A DNA stretch of 64,000 bases from an uncultured Gemmatimonadaceae bacterium (GTDB lineage: Bacteria > Gemmatimonadota > Gemmatimonadetes > Gemmatimonadales > Gemmatimonadaceae), in the NCBI GenBank assembly GCA_963790305.1, contig CAWBOC010000005.1, positions 833,916-897,915 on the forward strand. The letters run 5' to 3'. A program made the translations under genes and the position numbers. The notes under the pieces were generated by a model. It saw nothing but the letters and a program-made list of their open reading frames with translations, was not told the DNA's origin and searched no databases. Shown here in pieces: positions 48,520 to 63,546 of the stretch (position 1 is the first letter of the stretch; each line of letters begins with the position of its first letter).

Positions 48520-48605
48520 TTGACAAACAGTGTGATAACACATATCATGGAGTCAGCCGAAGTTGGACCGGGTTTCGAAACGGTCTCATATGTGTTATCA
48601 CACTG
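48520..48605 (+). promoter_or_regulatory. Sigma70 promoter with two MarR-type operators
   Basis: TTGACA-N17-TATCAT; GTGTGATAACAC at 48530-48541 and GTGTTATCACAC at 48592-48603. Confidence 0.8.
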
Positions 48606-48619
48606 AAACAGGAGCCCCC

Positions 48620-49186
48620 ATGAGCGCCATACTCGATCGCGAGACCGCAACGCCGACGCAGACGGTCTGGAGCATCGACCCGGCACATACCGAGGTGAGC
48701 TTCGCGGTGAAGCACCTCATGATCTCGACCGTTCGCGGTCGTTTCGCGGATGTGCGCGGCACGATCCGGCTGGACGAGAACGACGTCACCACCGCGTCGG
48801 TCGACGCCGAGATCGCCACCGCCAGCATCGACACGCGACAGGAACAGCGTGACACGCACCTGCGCTCGGCGGATTTCTTCGAAGTCGAGAAATATCCGCT
48901 GATCACCTTTCGCAGCCGGAGCGTAGAGCGGGTCAAGGGCGAGCGCTACCGCATCATCGGCGACCTGACGATTCGCGATGTCACGCGCGAAGTCGTGCTC
49001 GAGGGCTCCGATGAAGGACGTGGGAAGGACCCCTGGGGCGGCGACCGGCTGGCGTTCAGCGCCACGACCGCGATCGATCGTCGCGACTTCGGGCTCACCT
49101 GGAATCAGGCCCTCGAGACCGGCGGGGTTCTCGTGAGCAACGAGATCAAGATCTCGATCGACGTGCAGGCGGTGAAAGCGAAGTAA
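48620..49186 (+). CDS. YceI family polyisoprenoid-binding protein
   Basis: W.IDPAH..V.F.VKH.MIS.VRG.F, RD.HLRS.DFF, DPWG. Confidence 0.93.
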   Translation: MSAILDRETATPTQTVWSIDPAHTEVSFAVKHLMISTVRGRFADVRGTIRLDENDVTTASVDAEIATASIDTRQEQRDTHLRSADFFEVEKYPLITFRSRSVERVKGERYRIIGDLTIRDVTREVVLEGSDEGRGKDPWGGDRLAFSATTAIDRRDFGLTWNQALETGGVLVSNEIKISIDVQAVKAK

Positions 49187-49320
49187 CGCCTGGCGTCACG
49201 GCGCTCGTTTTGCTCCTTTCGTGGGCGCAGGTCCACTGCCGGAACCGGCGGAGCTGCGCCCCGATCGAAGCCCCGCGGGACGACTAGTCTCGAAGGGCTG
49301 CTGGTCAGAAGGAGACTCAC

Positions 49321-50358
49321 ATGAAACATTGGATCTCTGGACTCGTGATCGTATCGGCGCTCGCGATCGCCGGTGGCATCGGGCTCACGGTGGGTTCAGC
49401 GTCACGCAATGCAGTGCCGAGCGCCATCGCACAACAGTCCGCGCCGGGGGCGGTAGCGGTGCCGCTCGGCCAGGATGAGCAGAACATCATTCGCGTCGCC
49501 CGACAGATATCACCGGCCGTCGTGAGCATCTCGCGGTCGGGTGGATCGGGCTCCGGCGTCGTCGTCCGATCGGATGGGATCGTGCTCACGAACGCTCACG
49601 TCGTCGGCAATGCGCGCGCGGTGGAGGTGCGGCTCGCCGACGGTCGCACCATTCCGGGGCAGGTGCTTGGCCGCGATCCGTCGATCGACATCGCCGTCGT
49701 GCGCGTGAACGCGCAAGACCTGCCGGCGGCGCCCGTTGGCGATTCCGATGCACTCGTGGCCGGCCAGACCGCGATTGCGATCGGGAACCCGCTTGGGCTG
49801 GATCGGACCATCACGACTGGAGTGGTCTCAGCGGTGAATCGGAGCCCACGGGGATTCGGGCTCGACGGCCTCATCCAGACGGACGCCGCGATCAGTCCGG
49901 GGAACTCAGGCGGACCGCTTCTCGACTCGCGGGGCCGCCTCATCGGTATCAACACCGCCGTCATCGTCGCGCCTGGCGCCGAAGGCCTTGGCTTCGCGAT
50001 CCCGATCAATCTGGCGCAGGACGCGATCGAGCAGATCGTCGCTACGGGACGGGTGGTGCGCGCCTTCCTCGGCATTCAGTACGTCGACATCGAGCCGGAG
50101 ACGGCCCGTCAATTCCGACTACCCGCAAGCCAAGGCGTGGTTGTCATCGCAGTCGGGGCGGGAACCCCCGCTGCCCGCGCAGGTCTGGCCCGCGGGGACA
50201 TCATTACGCGGCTCGACGGCACCCCAATCCAACAGGGCGGCGACCTCAGGCGCTCCCTGCGCGAACGGCGTCCCGGCGATACCATCAGGATAACCGTTGC
50301 CCGTGAGGGCGGATCGCGAGAGCTCGCCGTCCGCCTTGTGGCCGCGCCGTCCTCCTGA
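49321..50358 (+). CDS. HtrA/DegS-like serine protease with PDZ
   Basis: TNAHVV, DIA, GNSGG, C-terminal PDZ. Confidence 0.93.
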   Translation: MKHWISGLVIVSALAIAGGIGLTVGSASRNAVPSAIAQQSAPGAVAVPLGQDEQNIIRVARQISPAVVSISRSGGSGSGVVVRSDGIVLTNAHVVGNARAVEVRLADGRTIPGQVLGRDPSIDIAVVRVNAQDLPAAPVGDSDALVAGQTAIAIGNPLGLDRTITTGVVSAVNRSPRGFGLDGLIQTDAAISPGNSGGPLLDSRGRLIGINTAVIVAPGAEGLGFAIPINLAQDAIEQIVATGRVVRAFLGIQYVDIEPETARQFRLPASQGVVVIAVGAGTPAARAGLARGDIITRLDGTPIQQGGDLRRSLRERRPGDTIRITVAREGGSRELAVRLVAAPSS

Positions 50359-50391
50359 TGTTCGCACCCTAACCTCCCCACTCCCCAAGCG

Positions 50392-51654
50392 ATGACAAGA
50401 GCTCTTCTCGCGGTATTCGTCCTCGCGTCATGCGTCCAGAACTCAGCCATCGTTCCGGCGGGGACGAACGACGGAGCAGTTGACGCGGTTACGTCCATGG
50501 GATCCACGGCGGTGGTTCAGCCGGGTATCGAGGTTTTTCTCGCCGACGTGCCGGCCTCGCTCAAAGGGAAGCGAGTTGGTCTCATCACCAACCACTCGGC
50601 CATCGATCGAGCGAGGAATCTCGACATCGATCTGATCGCCAAGCATCAGGATCTGAAGCTGGTGGCGCTGTTCGCGCCCGAGCATGGCATTCGGGGTGAT
50701 GCGCCGGCGGGCCAGAAGATCGTTGATGAGAAGGACCCCAAAACGGGCGTGCCAGTCTACTCGCTGTACATGTCCGAGGATCGCGGCCCGTCGCAGGAGA
50801 TGCTCAAGGACGTGGACGTCATCGTCTATGATCTCCAGGAAGTCGGCGGGCGCACGTGGACGTACGTGTCGACCATGGCGCTCTCGATGGAGGCGGCGAA
50901 GCAAAAGGGAATTCCCTTCGTCGTCCTCGACCGTCCCAATCCGATCGGTGGGGAGATCGTCGAGGGTGCTTTGCTCGATCCGAAGTTCAAATCGTTCGTC
51001 GGGTGGTATCCGATACCGGCCCGCCATGGAATGACGGTCGGCGAGCTCGCGACGCTCTTCAATCAGAAATACGGAATCGGCGCCAACCTGCTCGTCGTGC
51101 GGGCGACGAACTGGCGTCGGTCGCAGTGGCAAAACGAGACCGGGCTTCCCTGGACGAACCCGTCGCCCAACCTGCGCTCGCTGGCCGCGCTCAACAGCTA
51201 TCCCGGATCGGTCTACTTCGAGGGCACCAACCTCACGGAGGGACGAGGAACGGATCGTCCCTTCGAGCAGATCGGCGCGTCGTGGTTGAAGGCAGCCGAC
51301 GTCGCGAGGGTCATGAACGAGCGGCGGCTTCCGGGGATTCAGTTCGAGGCGATCACGATGCCGGTCGCGGCGACGGCGGCGAAGTTCAAGGGCCTGACGA
51401 TCCCCGCCATTCGCTTCGTCATCACCGACCGGCAGACATACCGGCCAGTCCGTACGTCCCTTCTCCTGATCGACGAGATCCGGCGCCAGCATCCGAACGA
51501 TTTCGCGTGGAGGCCGTCGATTGACCGCCTAACGGGCTCCGACAAGGTACGGCTCGCCGTCGAGGCAGGGACGCTTTCCTCGCTGTTGGATGAATGGGAT
51601 CGGGAGGCCGCCGAGTTTGCCGAGAGTCGAAAGCCGTTCCTCCTGTACCCCTGA
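50392..51654 (+). CDS. Exo-beta-N-acetylmuramidase NamZ (DUF1343) family lipoprotein
   Basis: LFAPEHG.RG, DLQEVG.R, LDRPNP, RHGMTVGE, PSPN, EGRGT. Confidence 0.9.
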   Translation: MTRALLAVFVLASCVQNSAIVPAGTNDGAVDAVTSMGSTAVVQPGIEVFLADVPASLKGKRVGLITNHSAIDRARNLDIDLIAKHQDLKLVALFAPEHGIRGDAPAGQKIVDEKDPKTGVPVYSLYMSEDRGPSQEMLKDVDVIVYDLQEVGGRTWTYVSTMALSMEAAKQKGIPFVVLDRPNPIGGEIVEGALLDPKFKSFVGWYPIPARHGMTVGELATLFNQKYGIGANLLVVRATNWRRSQWQNETGLPWTNPSPNLRSLAALNSYPGSVYFEGTNLTEGRGTDRPFEQIGASWLKAADVARVMNERRLPGIQFEAITMPVAATAAKFKGLTIPAIRFVITDRQTYRPVRTSLLLIDEIRRQHPNDFAWRPSIDRLTGSDKVRLAVEAGTLSSLLDEWDREAAEFAESRKPFLLYP

Positions 51655-51796
51655 GGCGCCCGGTCTGAGGCTTGCGTTGTCGCGGCGGTTAGCGACGTAG
51701 TCTCATTGGCTTCCGCCCCCGCTGCGGAGCCGGGAGGACATCCCCCCGGCTCCACGGCCGGCCGTAATTCACCGTTTTGGTGCGAATGTCCTGCAC

Positions 51797-55521
<3,725 letters not shown>

Positions 55522-55525
55522 GGCG

Positions 55526-57143
55526 TTAGGCATCGCCGGGGGCTCGCTTCCCCGGCCTGACGACCTGCGCCCAGCCGAGCTCCGTCCAATCCAGCTCCTC
55601 CTCGACGCGCTGGAACGCGGCGTCGCCGATCGTACCGTCGGCCCGCAACGCCATGAGATGCCGCCGCTGGGCCTCGGTCGCAGCGCGAACTACTGACGCA
55701 TCGTCGGCTGGCCCGTCCGCGGCGGGGGACGCGTCTATGCGCGAGCGCGCCGTCGCCCGCGAAATCATTCTCGGCTCTGCGCAGCTGGATCTCGTAGCTA
55801 TGGCGCACGAGCTCCGCGGACTCGTCTCCGGGGTGCGCGACGGCCGCTGCGAGCGCCGCCCGCAGCGTCTCGACCCGGGCGAGGCGCACCTCGCGGTCCA
55901 CGGACCCGTCGTCCTCGAGCCGCAGATACAGCAGGAGCGGACGGAGCGTCAGTCCCTGCAGCACGAGCGTACCGAGGGTAACGCCGAACGCCGTCGTTAG
56001 GATCAGGTCGCGGAAGGGGAAGTCGGTCGGCAGTGCGAGCGCGGCGGCGAGCGTGACGGTCCCGCGCATGCCGCACCACCCCACCACCGCCGCGCCTCGT
56101 CCGGTGAGGGCCACCGCGTCACGCGGGCCAGGCGTGCCATCGGGGCGCGGGCGGCACCGCCACCGGCTGAACGCCGCCGCGCCGGTTACCCACGCGATGC
56201 GCGCCGCGATGACCGCGACGCACACGGTCGCCGCGATGGCCGCGTACTGCAATCCCGTCGCTCCGGTCACGCGAGCCGCGATGGACTTGAGCTGAAAGCC
56301 CACGAGGATGAAGGCGAGCACGTTCAGCACGAACACCGCCACCTCCCACACCGCCCAGGACGGGATGCGAATGCGCGCCGGGATGATCTCGGCGGCGCGT
56401 CGCGCCGCCGCCATCGCGTAGACCACCGTCGTGATGATGCCCGAGAGGTGAAGCTGCTCGGCGAGAATCCACACGAAGAACGTTCCGCAGAACTGGAACA
56501 CCACCGCGGTCGCGACGTCGCGAATGCGCGCGCTCACCAGCAGCGTAAGGCGCGCCAGCACGAGCGCGAGTGCGACACTCCCAGCGGTCACGATGAGCAG
56601 CGTCGGCAGCACGCTCCACCCGGAGAAGGAGCCTGCGATCGTGGCACCGACCGCCATGCGATAGATGAGCAGCGCGCTCGCGTCGTTGAAGAGACTCTCG
56701 CCCTCGAGGATCACGAGCAGCCGGTGGGGTGGGCGGAGCTGTTTCAGCACCGTGGTGGCCGCCGCCGCGTCCGGGGGCGCAACGATGGCGCCGAGCGCGA
56801 TCGCGGCTCCCCACGGCATGCCCGGTACGAGCCATCGCGCGACGATCGCGACGACGGCGACCGTGAGTGCGACGGCGCCGAGGGCCAGGCTGGCGATGAC
56901 GCGCCAGTTCGCCCGCATGTCGCGTGGCGATGAGTCGAAGGCGGCGTCGACGAGGACAGGCGCGACGAACAGTGCTAGCGCGAGCTCGGGATTGAGCACG
57001 ACCGTTGGCAACCCGGGGACGAGCGCGAGCGCGGCGCCGGCGAGCGCCACCAGCGCGGGGTACGGCGCGCCGAAGCGCCGCGCCAGGGCTGCGAGCGCGG
57101 CACCGCCGAGCAGCAGCGCGATGACGACCTCGAACACTTCCAT
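55526..57143 (-). CDS. CPA1 Na+/H+ antiporter (NhaP/YjcE-like), apparent frameshift near 55750
   Basis: PPDAAA, EGESLFNDA, GMRG.VTLAAAL; expected tail (IGDAAFQRVEEELD) lies in ORF 55526-55768. Confidence 0.85.
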
Positions 57144-57223
57144 CGCTCCTCCAGATCCTGAACCCTCGTGCGCCGCGAGCAACAGGCTAGCTTAACGCAA
57201 CACCGATTGCGGAGAGAGTGGAC

Positions 57224-58255
57224 ATGAACGGGATCATTGTACGCGCCAGCGCCGCGGCGCTGGTCATCGGCATCGCCGCTGGAGGGTCGTTCGCGCAGCA
57301 ACCGCAGGGACCGCAGCCTTTCTCCGTCGGGAGTCCGCTCGGGCTGCCCGTCACTCCGGCCGCCGACCGGCCGTTCGAGGCGATGTCGTCGAACGTAAAA
57401 GTCTACGGCGCCATCTATTCCGCCGAGAGCTGCTCGTACGACGCTGGACGCGGCGTTATCGTGGTGCCCAACCGCGGCGTCCCGCAGAACGTCCAGGGCA
57501 ACAATGCCTGGGTGTCGCTCATCAACCACGACGGATCGGTACACACGGCGCGGTGGATCGGCGTGCAGAGCCCGGCCGATCGCGCCAACCTGACGCCGCC
57601 ACTGGTGCTGAACGAGCCGTTCGGCAGCGATATCGCTAACGGCAGGTTGTACGTCGCCGATCGCGACGGAGGCACGAGCGCGAGCGATCCGAGCGTCGCC
57701 GTCATTCGCAGCTTCGACATGCGCACGGGAGCGCCGGCGGGAGCGATCCGCGTCGAGGCCGTCGACTGGATCAACGACATCGAGGTGGCGGACGACGGGA
57801 CCATCTACGCCACAAAGTCGGGGGATTTCGGTGACAAGCCGGACCCCGCGACGTGGCAGGTCTGGAAGATCACGCCGGACGGCACGGCGTCGATCTTCGT
57901 GCAGGGCGCTCCGCTCCAGGCGCCTAACGGCGTCGCCTTCGATCCGCGGGGGAACATTGTCGTCGTCAACGTCGGCAACGCCGACGTGCTGACCTTCTCG
58001 CCGGCCGGCCGGTTGCTCGGCACGGAGCAGGCGGCGCAGGCCGGAAGCGATGGTCTCGTGATCATGCCGGATGGGACGAAGTACGTCAGCAGCGTTCGGC
58101 AGGGAGGCGTCTCGCGCATCCGTCCCGGGAGGCCGGCCGAGCTCATCGCCCGCAACATTCCCAGCGCCGCCTCCATGTGCTACGACGCCGGCGCGAACCA
58201 GCTGGTGATCCCGATGAACCCGAACAACGGACTTGCCTTCGTGCCGCTCCGTTGA
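57224..58255 (+). CDS. Secreted SMP-30/gluconolactonase-like beta-propeller protein
   Basis: Signal peptide; AES, ND, PNG, DG blade motifs. Confidence 0.75.
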   Translation: MNGIIVRASAAALVIGIAAGGSFAQQPQGPQPFSVGSPLGLPVTPAADRPFEAMSSNVKVYGAIYSAESCSYDAGRGVIVVPNRGVPQNVQGNNAWVSLINHDGSVHTARWIGVQSPADRANLTPPLVLNEPFGSDIANGRLYVADRDGGTSASDPSVAVIRSFDMRTGAPAGAIRVEAVDWINDIEVADDGTIYATKSGDFGDKPDPATWQVWKITPDGTASIFVQGAPLQAPNGVAFDPRGNIVVVNVGNADVLTFSPAGRLLGTEQAAQAGSDGLVIMPDGTKYVSSVRQGGVSRIRPGRPAELIARNIPSAASMCYDAGANQLVIPMNPNNGLAFVPLR

Positions 58256-58271
58256 GCCGCCACGGCTCTCG

Positions 58272-58922
58272 TCACGAGCGCTCCTCGAAGTGCTCGAACC
58301 GGTACGCGAGGGCCGGCCCGTCGTCGCCCTCGTAGGCGAGCTTGGCGATGAGCATCGTGAACGGCTCGAGGTAGCGGGCGACCTCGAGCGGGCCGGCGTC
58401 AACGGGGTCGAAGCCGACGTCACGGATCAGTTGGGCGACGGTTTCCTTCGCGTCCTCATTGTCGCCGCAGTAGACCAGACTAGGGCGGGTGTCGCCGTCG
58501 CGCCGCTCGAACACGGCGAACAGCACCTCGCTGGGCACGGTTCCGAAGGCCGAGACGATGTGTGCTTCGGGCACCTTCTTCGCTAGCGCTTCCGCGCCGG
58601 AGGATGTGTGGGCGACGACGAGCGCGGTGTCGTCATCGTTCATCGGCAGCGAGCAGCTCACGATGATCTTGCCCGACAGGTCGCCGGTCTTGTTCAGCAC
58701 ATCGTCCACGCGGTTCCAGTGCACGGCGAGCAGGAGGACGTCCGCGTCCTGCGCTGCCTCACGCGGCGTGCCGGCCCGTGCAGTCTTTCCGGCCTTCCGC
58801 GCCAGCGTGTCCAGCTTGCTCCTTTTCCGGGAGTAGCTGAAGACGACGTCGTGCCCAGCCCGCGCGAAGAGCGTTCCGAGCTTCCCGCCCATCAATCCCG
58901 ACCCCAGGATGCCGATGTGCAT
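58272..58922 (-). CDS. NADP oxidoreductase (F420-dependent family)
   Basis: IGILGSG.MG, SSGAE, CGD...AK, GF..VDAG.L. Confidence 0.88.
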   Translation of the reverse strand: MHIGILGSGLMGGKLGTLFARAGHDVVFSYSRKRSKLDTLARKAGKTARAGTPREAAQDADVLLLAVHWNRVDDVLNKTGDLSGKIIVSCSLPMNDDDTALVVAHTSSGAEALAKKVPEAHIVSAFGTVPSEVLFAVFERRDGDTRPSLVYCGDNEDAKETVAQLIRDVGFDPVDAGPLEVARYLEPFTMLIAKLAYEGDDGPALAYRFEHFEERS

Positions 58923-59020
58923 GCTGTTCCGGTCGTTGACGTGGCCGATGGCCTCACTTACTTTATGCTGCAGAGTACTCTACGGCATCCGTACACCGTG
59001 ATCAAATCAAGCAGATAACC

Positions 59021-59931
59021 ATGCATCTCAGCATCCGCAACATCTCCAAGACGTACCCCAACGGCGTGCGCGCCCTCGACGACGTCAGCCTCACCATCCC
59101 GCCCGGCATGTACGGACTGCTCGGGCCTAACGGCGCGGGAAAGTCGACGCTGATGCGCATGATCGCCACGCTCCAGGATCCGGACGCGGGCTCGATCCAC
59201 CTGGGCGAGCTCGACGTGTTGCGCCAGAAAGACGAGGTCCGAAAGACGCTCGGCTATCTGCCGCAGGAATTCGGCGTCTATCCCAAGGTCAGTGCCGAGG
59301 ACCTTCTCGATTACTTCGCGCTGCTCAAGGGGGTCGCCGAGCGCCGGGCGCGCAAGGAGGTCGTCGAGGCGCTGCTCCGGCAGACCAACCTCTGGGAGGT
59401 ACGCCGGCAGAAGCTCGGCGGCTACTCGGGCGGCATGAAGCAGCGCTTCGGCGTCGCCGTGGCGTTGTTAGGCGATCCGAAACTGCTGATCGTGGACGAA
59501 CCGACGGCGGGGCTCGACCCCGCCGAGCGGGTGCGCTTCCTCAACCTGCTGAGCGAGGTTGGGGAGAACAGCGTCGTCCTCCTCTCTACCCACATCGTCG
59601 AGGACGTCTCCGAGCTATGCACGCGGATGGCGATCATCGACCATGGCAAGATCCTGCTCGAGGCCGAGCCGCTGCGGGCGATGAGCGAGCTCCGTGGCCG
59701 GATCTGGCGCCGCGTGCTGTCGAAGGCAGAGCTCCCCACGCTGGAGCGCGAGCATGCGGTGATTTCGACGAAGCTGCTCGCGGGGCGCACCGTTGCCCGC
59801 GTCCAGAGCGACGCGGCGCCCGGCCCGGGCTTCGAGCCCGCCGAGCCGGACCTCGAGGATGTCTACTTCAGCGCATGGCGGGGAGAATCGGACGGCGCCG
59901 CGAGCAGCCGGAAGCCGCGGTGGCACGATGA
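59021..59931 (+). CDS. ABC transporter ATP-binding protein (apparent 1-nt deletion near 59874)
   Basis: GPNGAGKST, YSGGMKQR, DEPTAGLDP; natural end MAGRIGRRREQPEAAVAR* overlaps the next ATG. Confidence 0.88.
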
Positions 59932-62900
59932 AGCTCCTCGGAGTTTTCCGCTTCGAGCTCGCCTACCAGCTCCGACGTCCATGGCCGTGGCTCTGTATCG
60001 CGGTCCTCGCCGTGTTCGCGTTCGTGAATACGAGGGTGGCCGTCGTACCGGCCACGCTTCCTCAGGACTTCATTCTCAACTCGCCATTCATCATCGCGGT
60101 GGTGTCGGTATTCAGCTGCCAGATCTGGCTGCTGATCGCCCCCGCTGTCGCCGGTGAGGCGGCGGCGCGTGACGTCTACACGGGGATGTACCCCCTCACG
60201 TACACGAGCCCCGTCAGCAAGACCGAGTATCTGGGCGGGCGATTTCTCGCGGCCTTCGTCCTCAACGCGTTGATCCTGCTCGCGGTGCAGGTCGGTAGCC
60301 TCCTCGCTGCTCATATGCCCGGAGTAGATCCCGAGATCATCGGACCGTTCCGACCGGCGGCCTATCTGGCAGCCTACGGGCTCATTGCGCTGCCTAACGC
60401 ATTCATCGCGACGGCGGTCCAGTTCTCCGTCGCCCTGCTGAGCGGGCGCCCAATGGCGAGCTACGCCGGCAGCATGGGCCTGTTCTTCTTCTCCTACCCG
60501 GTGACCTTCGTCCTGTATTTCTCGCCCTTGCAGAAGCTCGCGCTCCTGGCCGACCCCATTGGTGTCATGGCCATCATGAACGAGATGATGAGCGACTGGA
60601 CCATCGTCGAGAAGAACGTCCGGATGTTCACGCTCGAGGGTCCGATGCTCCTGAATCGGGCGATTTGGGTCGGCATTGCGTTCCTGACGCTCGCGTTGGT
60701 GTACCTTCGCTTCCGCTTTGCGCATCGCACCGCCACCGACCTGTGGAGCCGGCTCACGCGACGGCTCGCGGCGAAACGCCTAACGCCGGACACTGCCCCG
60801 GCGCGGATTGTGATCACCGTCCCGCCGGTGCGTCGATCGTTCGGCCTCGCCACCAATGTGCGACAGGCGATCTCCATCGCGCGGTCGTCTTTCTGGATGA
60901 TCGTGAAGAGCCCGCCCGGGCTGTTCCTGCTGGCGGTCTTCCCAATGTTCGTCGTGCTGGTGCTGCACGTCGAATCGGGGATGTGGGGCATTCGAATGCT
61001 TCCACGGACCGGGTACATCCTCGCGAAGCACGTCACGGCCGCCCTGACGTTTTTTTCTGACTACCGGGTGATCGTACCTCTCCTGATCGTGTACTTCGCG
61101 GGCGAGCTGGTTTGGCGGGAACGTAATGCGCGGATCAGCGAGAACGTCGACGCCACGCCGGTTCCGGAATTCGTCTTCTTCCTCGGCAAGTTTCTCGGAC
61201 TCGGTCTGGTCCTCGCCGCATTCATGATGAGCCTTACCGCGGCTGGCATGCTCACCCAGACGCTCATGGGCTACCACGACTTCCAGGTCGGCTTGTACCT
61301 GAAAATCCTGTTCGGACTTCAGCTCTCCGAATACCTGCTGTTCGCCGTGCTCGTCCTTCTGGTGCACGCGCTGGTGGACCAGAAGCATGTGGCGATGCTG
61401 GTGGCACTGGTGGTGTACTTTCTCATCGTCTTCTCCTCCTTCCTCGGCGTCGAGCACAAGCTGCTCGTGTATGGATCCAGTCCGGGGTGGTCCTTCACCG
61501 ACATGCGCGGCTTCGGCTCGTCGGTTGGTCCGTGGCTCGCGTTCAAGCTCTACTGGGCGGCGTGGGCGCTGCTGCTGGCGGTGGCGGCGACACTGCTTTG
61601 GGTGCGTGGTCGGGAGCCCGCACTTCGGAGTCGGCTGGACATGGCGCGGCTTCGCTTCACCCGCGGGACGGCGGTCGCCGCGGCGGTCGCGGTGGCGCTC
61701 ATCCTCGGGCTCGGCGGCTTCATCTTCTACAACACGAACGTGCTCAACGAGTACATCACGGACGATGAACTGGTTGAGCGCCGCGCCGACTACGAGAAAC
61801 GCTACGGGCAGTACGAGGGGATTCCGCAACCCGTGCGGGTTGCTACGAATCTGCGCGTCGAGATCCATCCCACCCGGAGAGCAGCGACGATCGACGGCAG
61901 CTACCGACTCGTGAATCGGAGCGCGGTGGCCATCGACTCCGTACACCTGGAGCCGGCGTTCTATGTCGACACACGTATCACGTTCGACCGCGCGTTCCGT
62001 CAGGTGGTCGCGGACGACGAGATCGGTCACGACATCTACGCCCTCGAGGAGCCGCTACAGCCTGGCGACTCGCTGACGCTCAGCTTCGACGTGAAGCTCG
62101 AGCCACGCGGCTTCAGCAACAGTGGTCCCCGCAGCAGCGGAGCAGGGATCGCGGTCCTCGAGAACGGCACGTACCTCACGAGCGGTGCATTGCCGGTCAT
62201 CGGCTACCAGCCGCTTCGCGAGCTCTGGAGCGCGGACGACCGGCGCAAGCACGGCCTGCCGCGACAGGTCACGCTCCCACCGCCTGGGGACATCGATCCG
62301 CATTTGACGGCGGGCGCTCCGGCAACGTTCGAAGCAATCGTCGGCACGGACGAGAATCAGGTAGCCGTTGCGCCGGGTGAGCTGCGTCGCACGTGGAGCG
62401 AAGCGGGGCGCCGCTACTTCCATTACGTCAGCGACGTTCCCATCAACGGCATGGATGTGTTCCTCTCCGCCGACTACACGGTGCATCGCGAACGATGGAA
62501 AGACGTCGACCTTCAGCTCTTCGTTCACCCGGGTCACGCGAAGCAGATGGAGCGCGTGCTCCGAAGCGCCCGAGCGAGCCTGGACTATTACTCGGAACAG
62601 TTCGGTCCCTACCCGTATCGCTTCCTGCAGATCGTCGAGCAGCCCGGCGACTTCCTCGGCATGGGTGTCGACGGAAGCGGCGTCATCACCGGAGGCGAGG
62701 GCTTCTTCCTTCTCAACCCGGAGCAGGAGGGATTCGACGCCATCTTCGAGATCGTGGCGCACGAGATGGGGCACCAGTGGTGGGGCATGCAGCTCAAGCC
62801 CGCATTTGCCGAGGGAGGTGGCGTCATCTCCGAGAGCCTCGCCTGGTACTCCGCGATGCGGCTCGTGAAGAAGACGAAGGGCGCGGAGGCACTGCGCCGA

Positions 62901-63546
62901 TTCATGAGCTTCATGCGCGAGCCCAACCCGTGGCCGCCCATCCGCACGGGACTTCCGCTGCTCCGCGCAATGGACCCGTGGGCCAACTATCGCAAAGGTC
63001 CATACGCGATGCACGCGCTCAGCGAGTACGTGGGCGAGGAGCGTGTGAACCGAGCGCTGCGCAACCTGGTGGAGAAGAACGCATCGCTCCCTCGCCACGA
63101 CGCTCGATATGTACCGGGAGCTTCAGGCGGTGACGCCGGACTCACTGAAGCCGCTGTTGCACGACCTCTTCGAGGTGAACGCCTGGTGGACGTTCGACAC
63201 GAAACAGGCCACAGCGGTGCAAACGGAGGCAGGCCTATGGCAGGTCACGCTCGAGGTGGAGGCACACAAGGTCGTCGGCGACAGCGCTGGCGTCGAGCGG
63301 GAAATGCCGATGAACGAGTGGGTGGAGATCGGGATCTTTGCCGCCGCCGGGCCGGGCGAGGTTCTGGGCAAGCCGCTGTACGTGCAGAAGCATCGCATCA
63401 GCTCCGGCCGGCAGACGATCACGGTGACGGTTTCAGAGCAGCCTGCTCGCGGCGGGATCGATCCGTACAACCTGCTCGATTGGGAAGAGGGCGATAACAT
63501 CGAGCCGATCGACATTCCGGCGCGGACGGCGGAGGAGGCGAAATGA
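59928..63546 (+). CDS. ABC permease fused to M1 aminopeptidase (apparent frameshift near 63090)
   Basis: Two multi-TM halves; HEMGHQWWG..ES, YRKG; C-terminus in ORF 63109-63546 (GIDPYNLLD). Confidence 0.87.
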
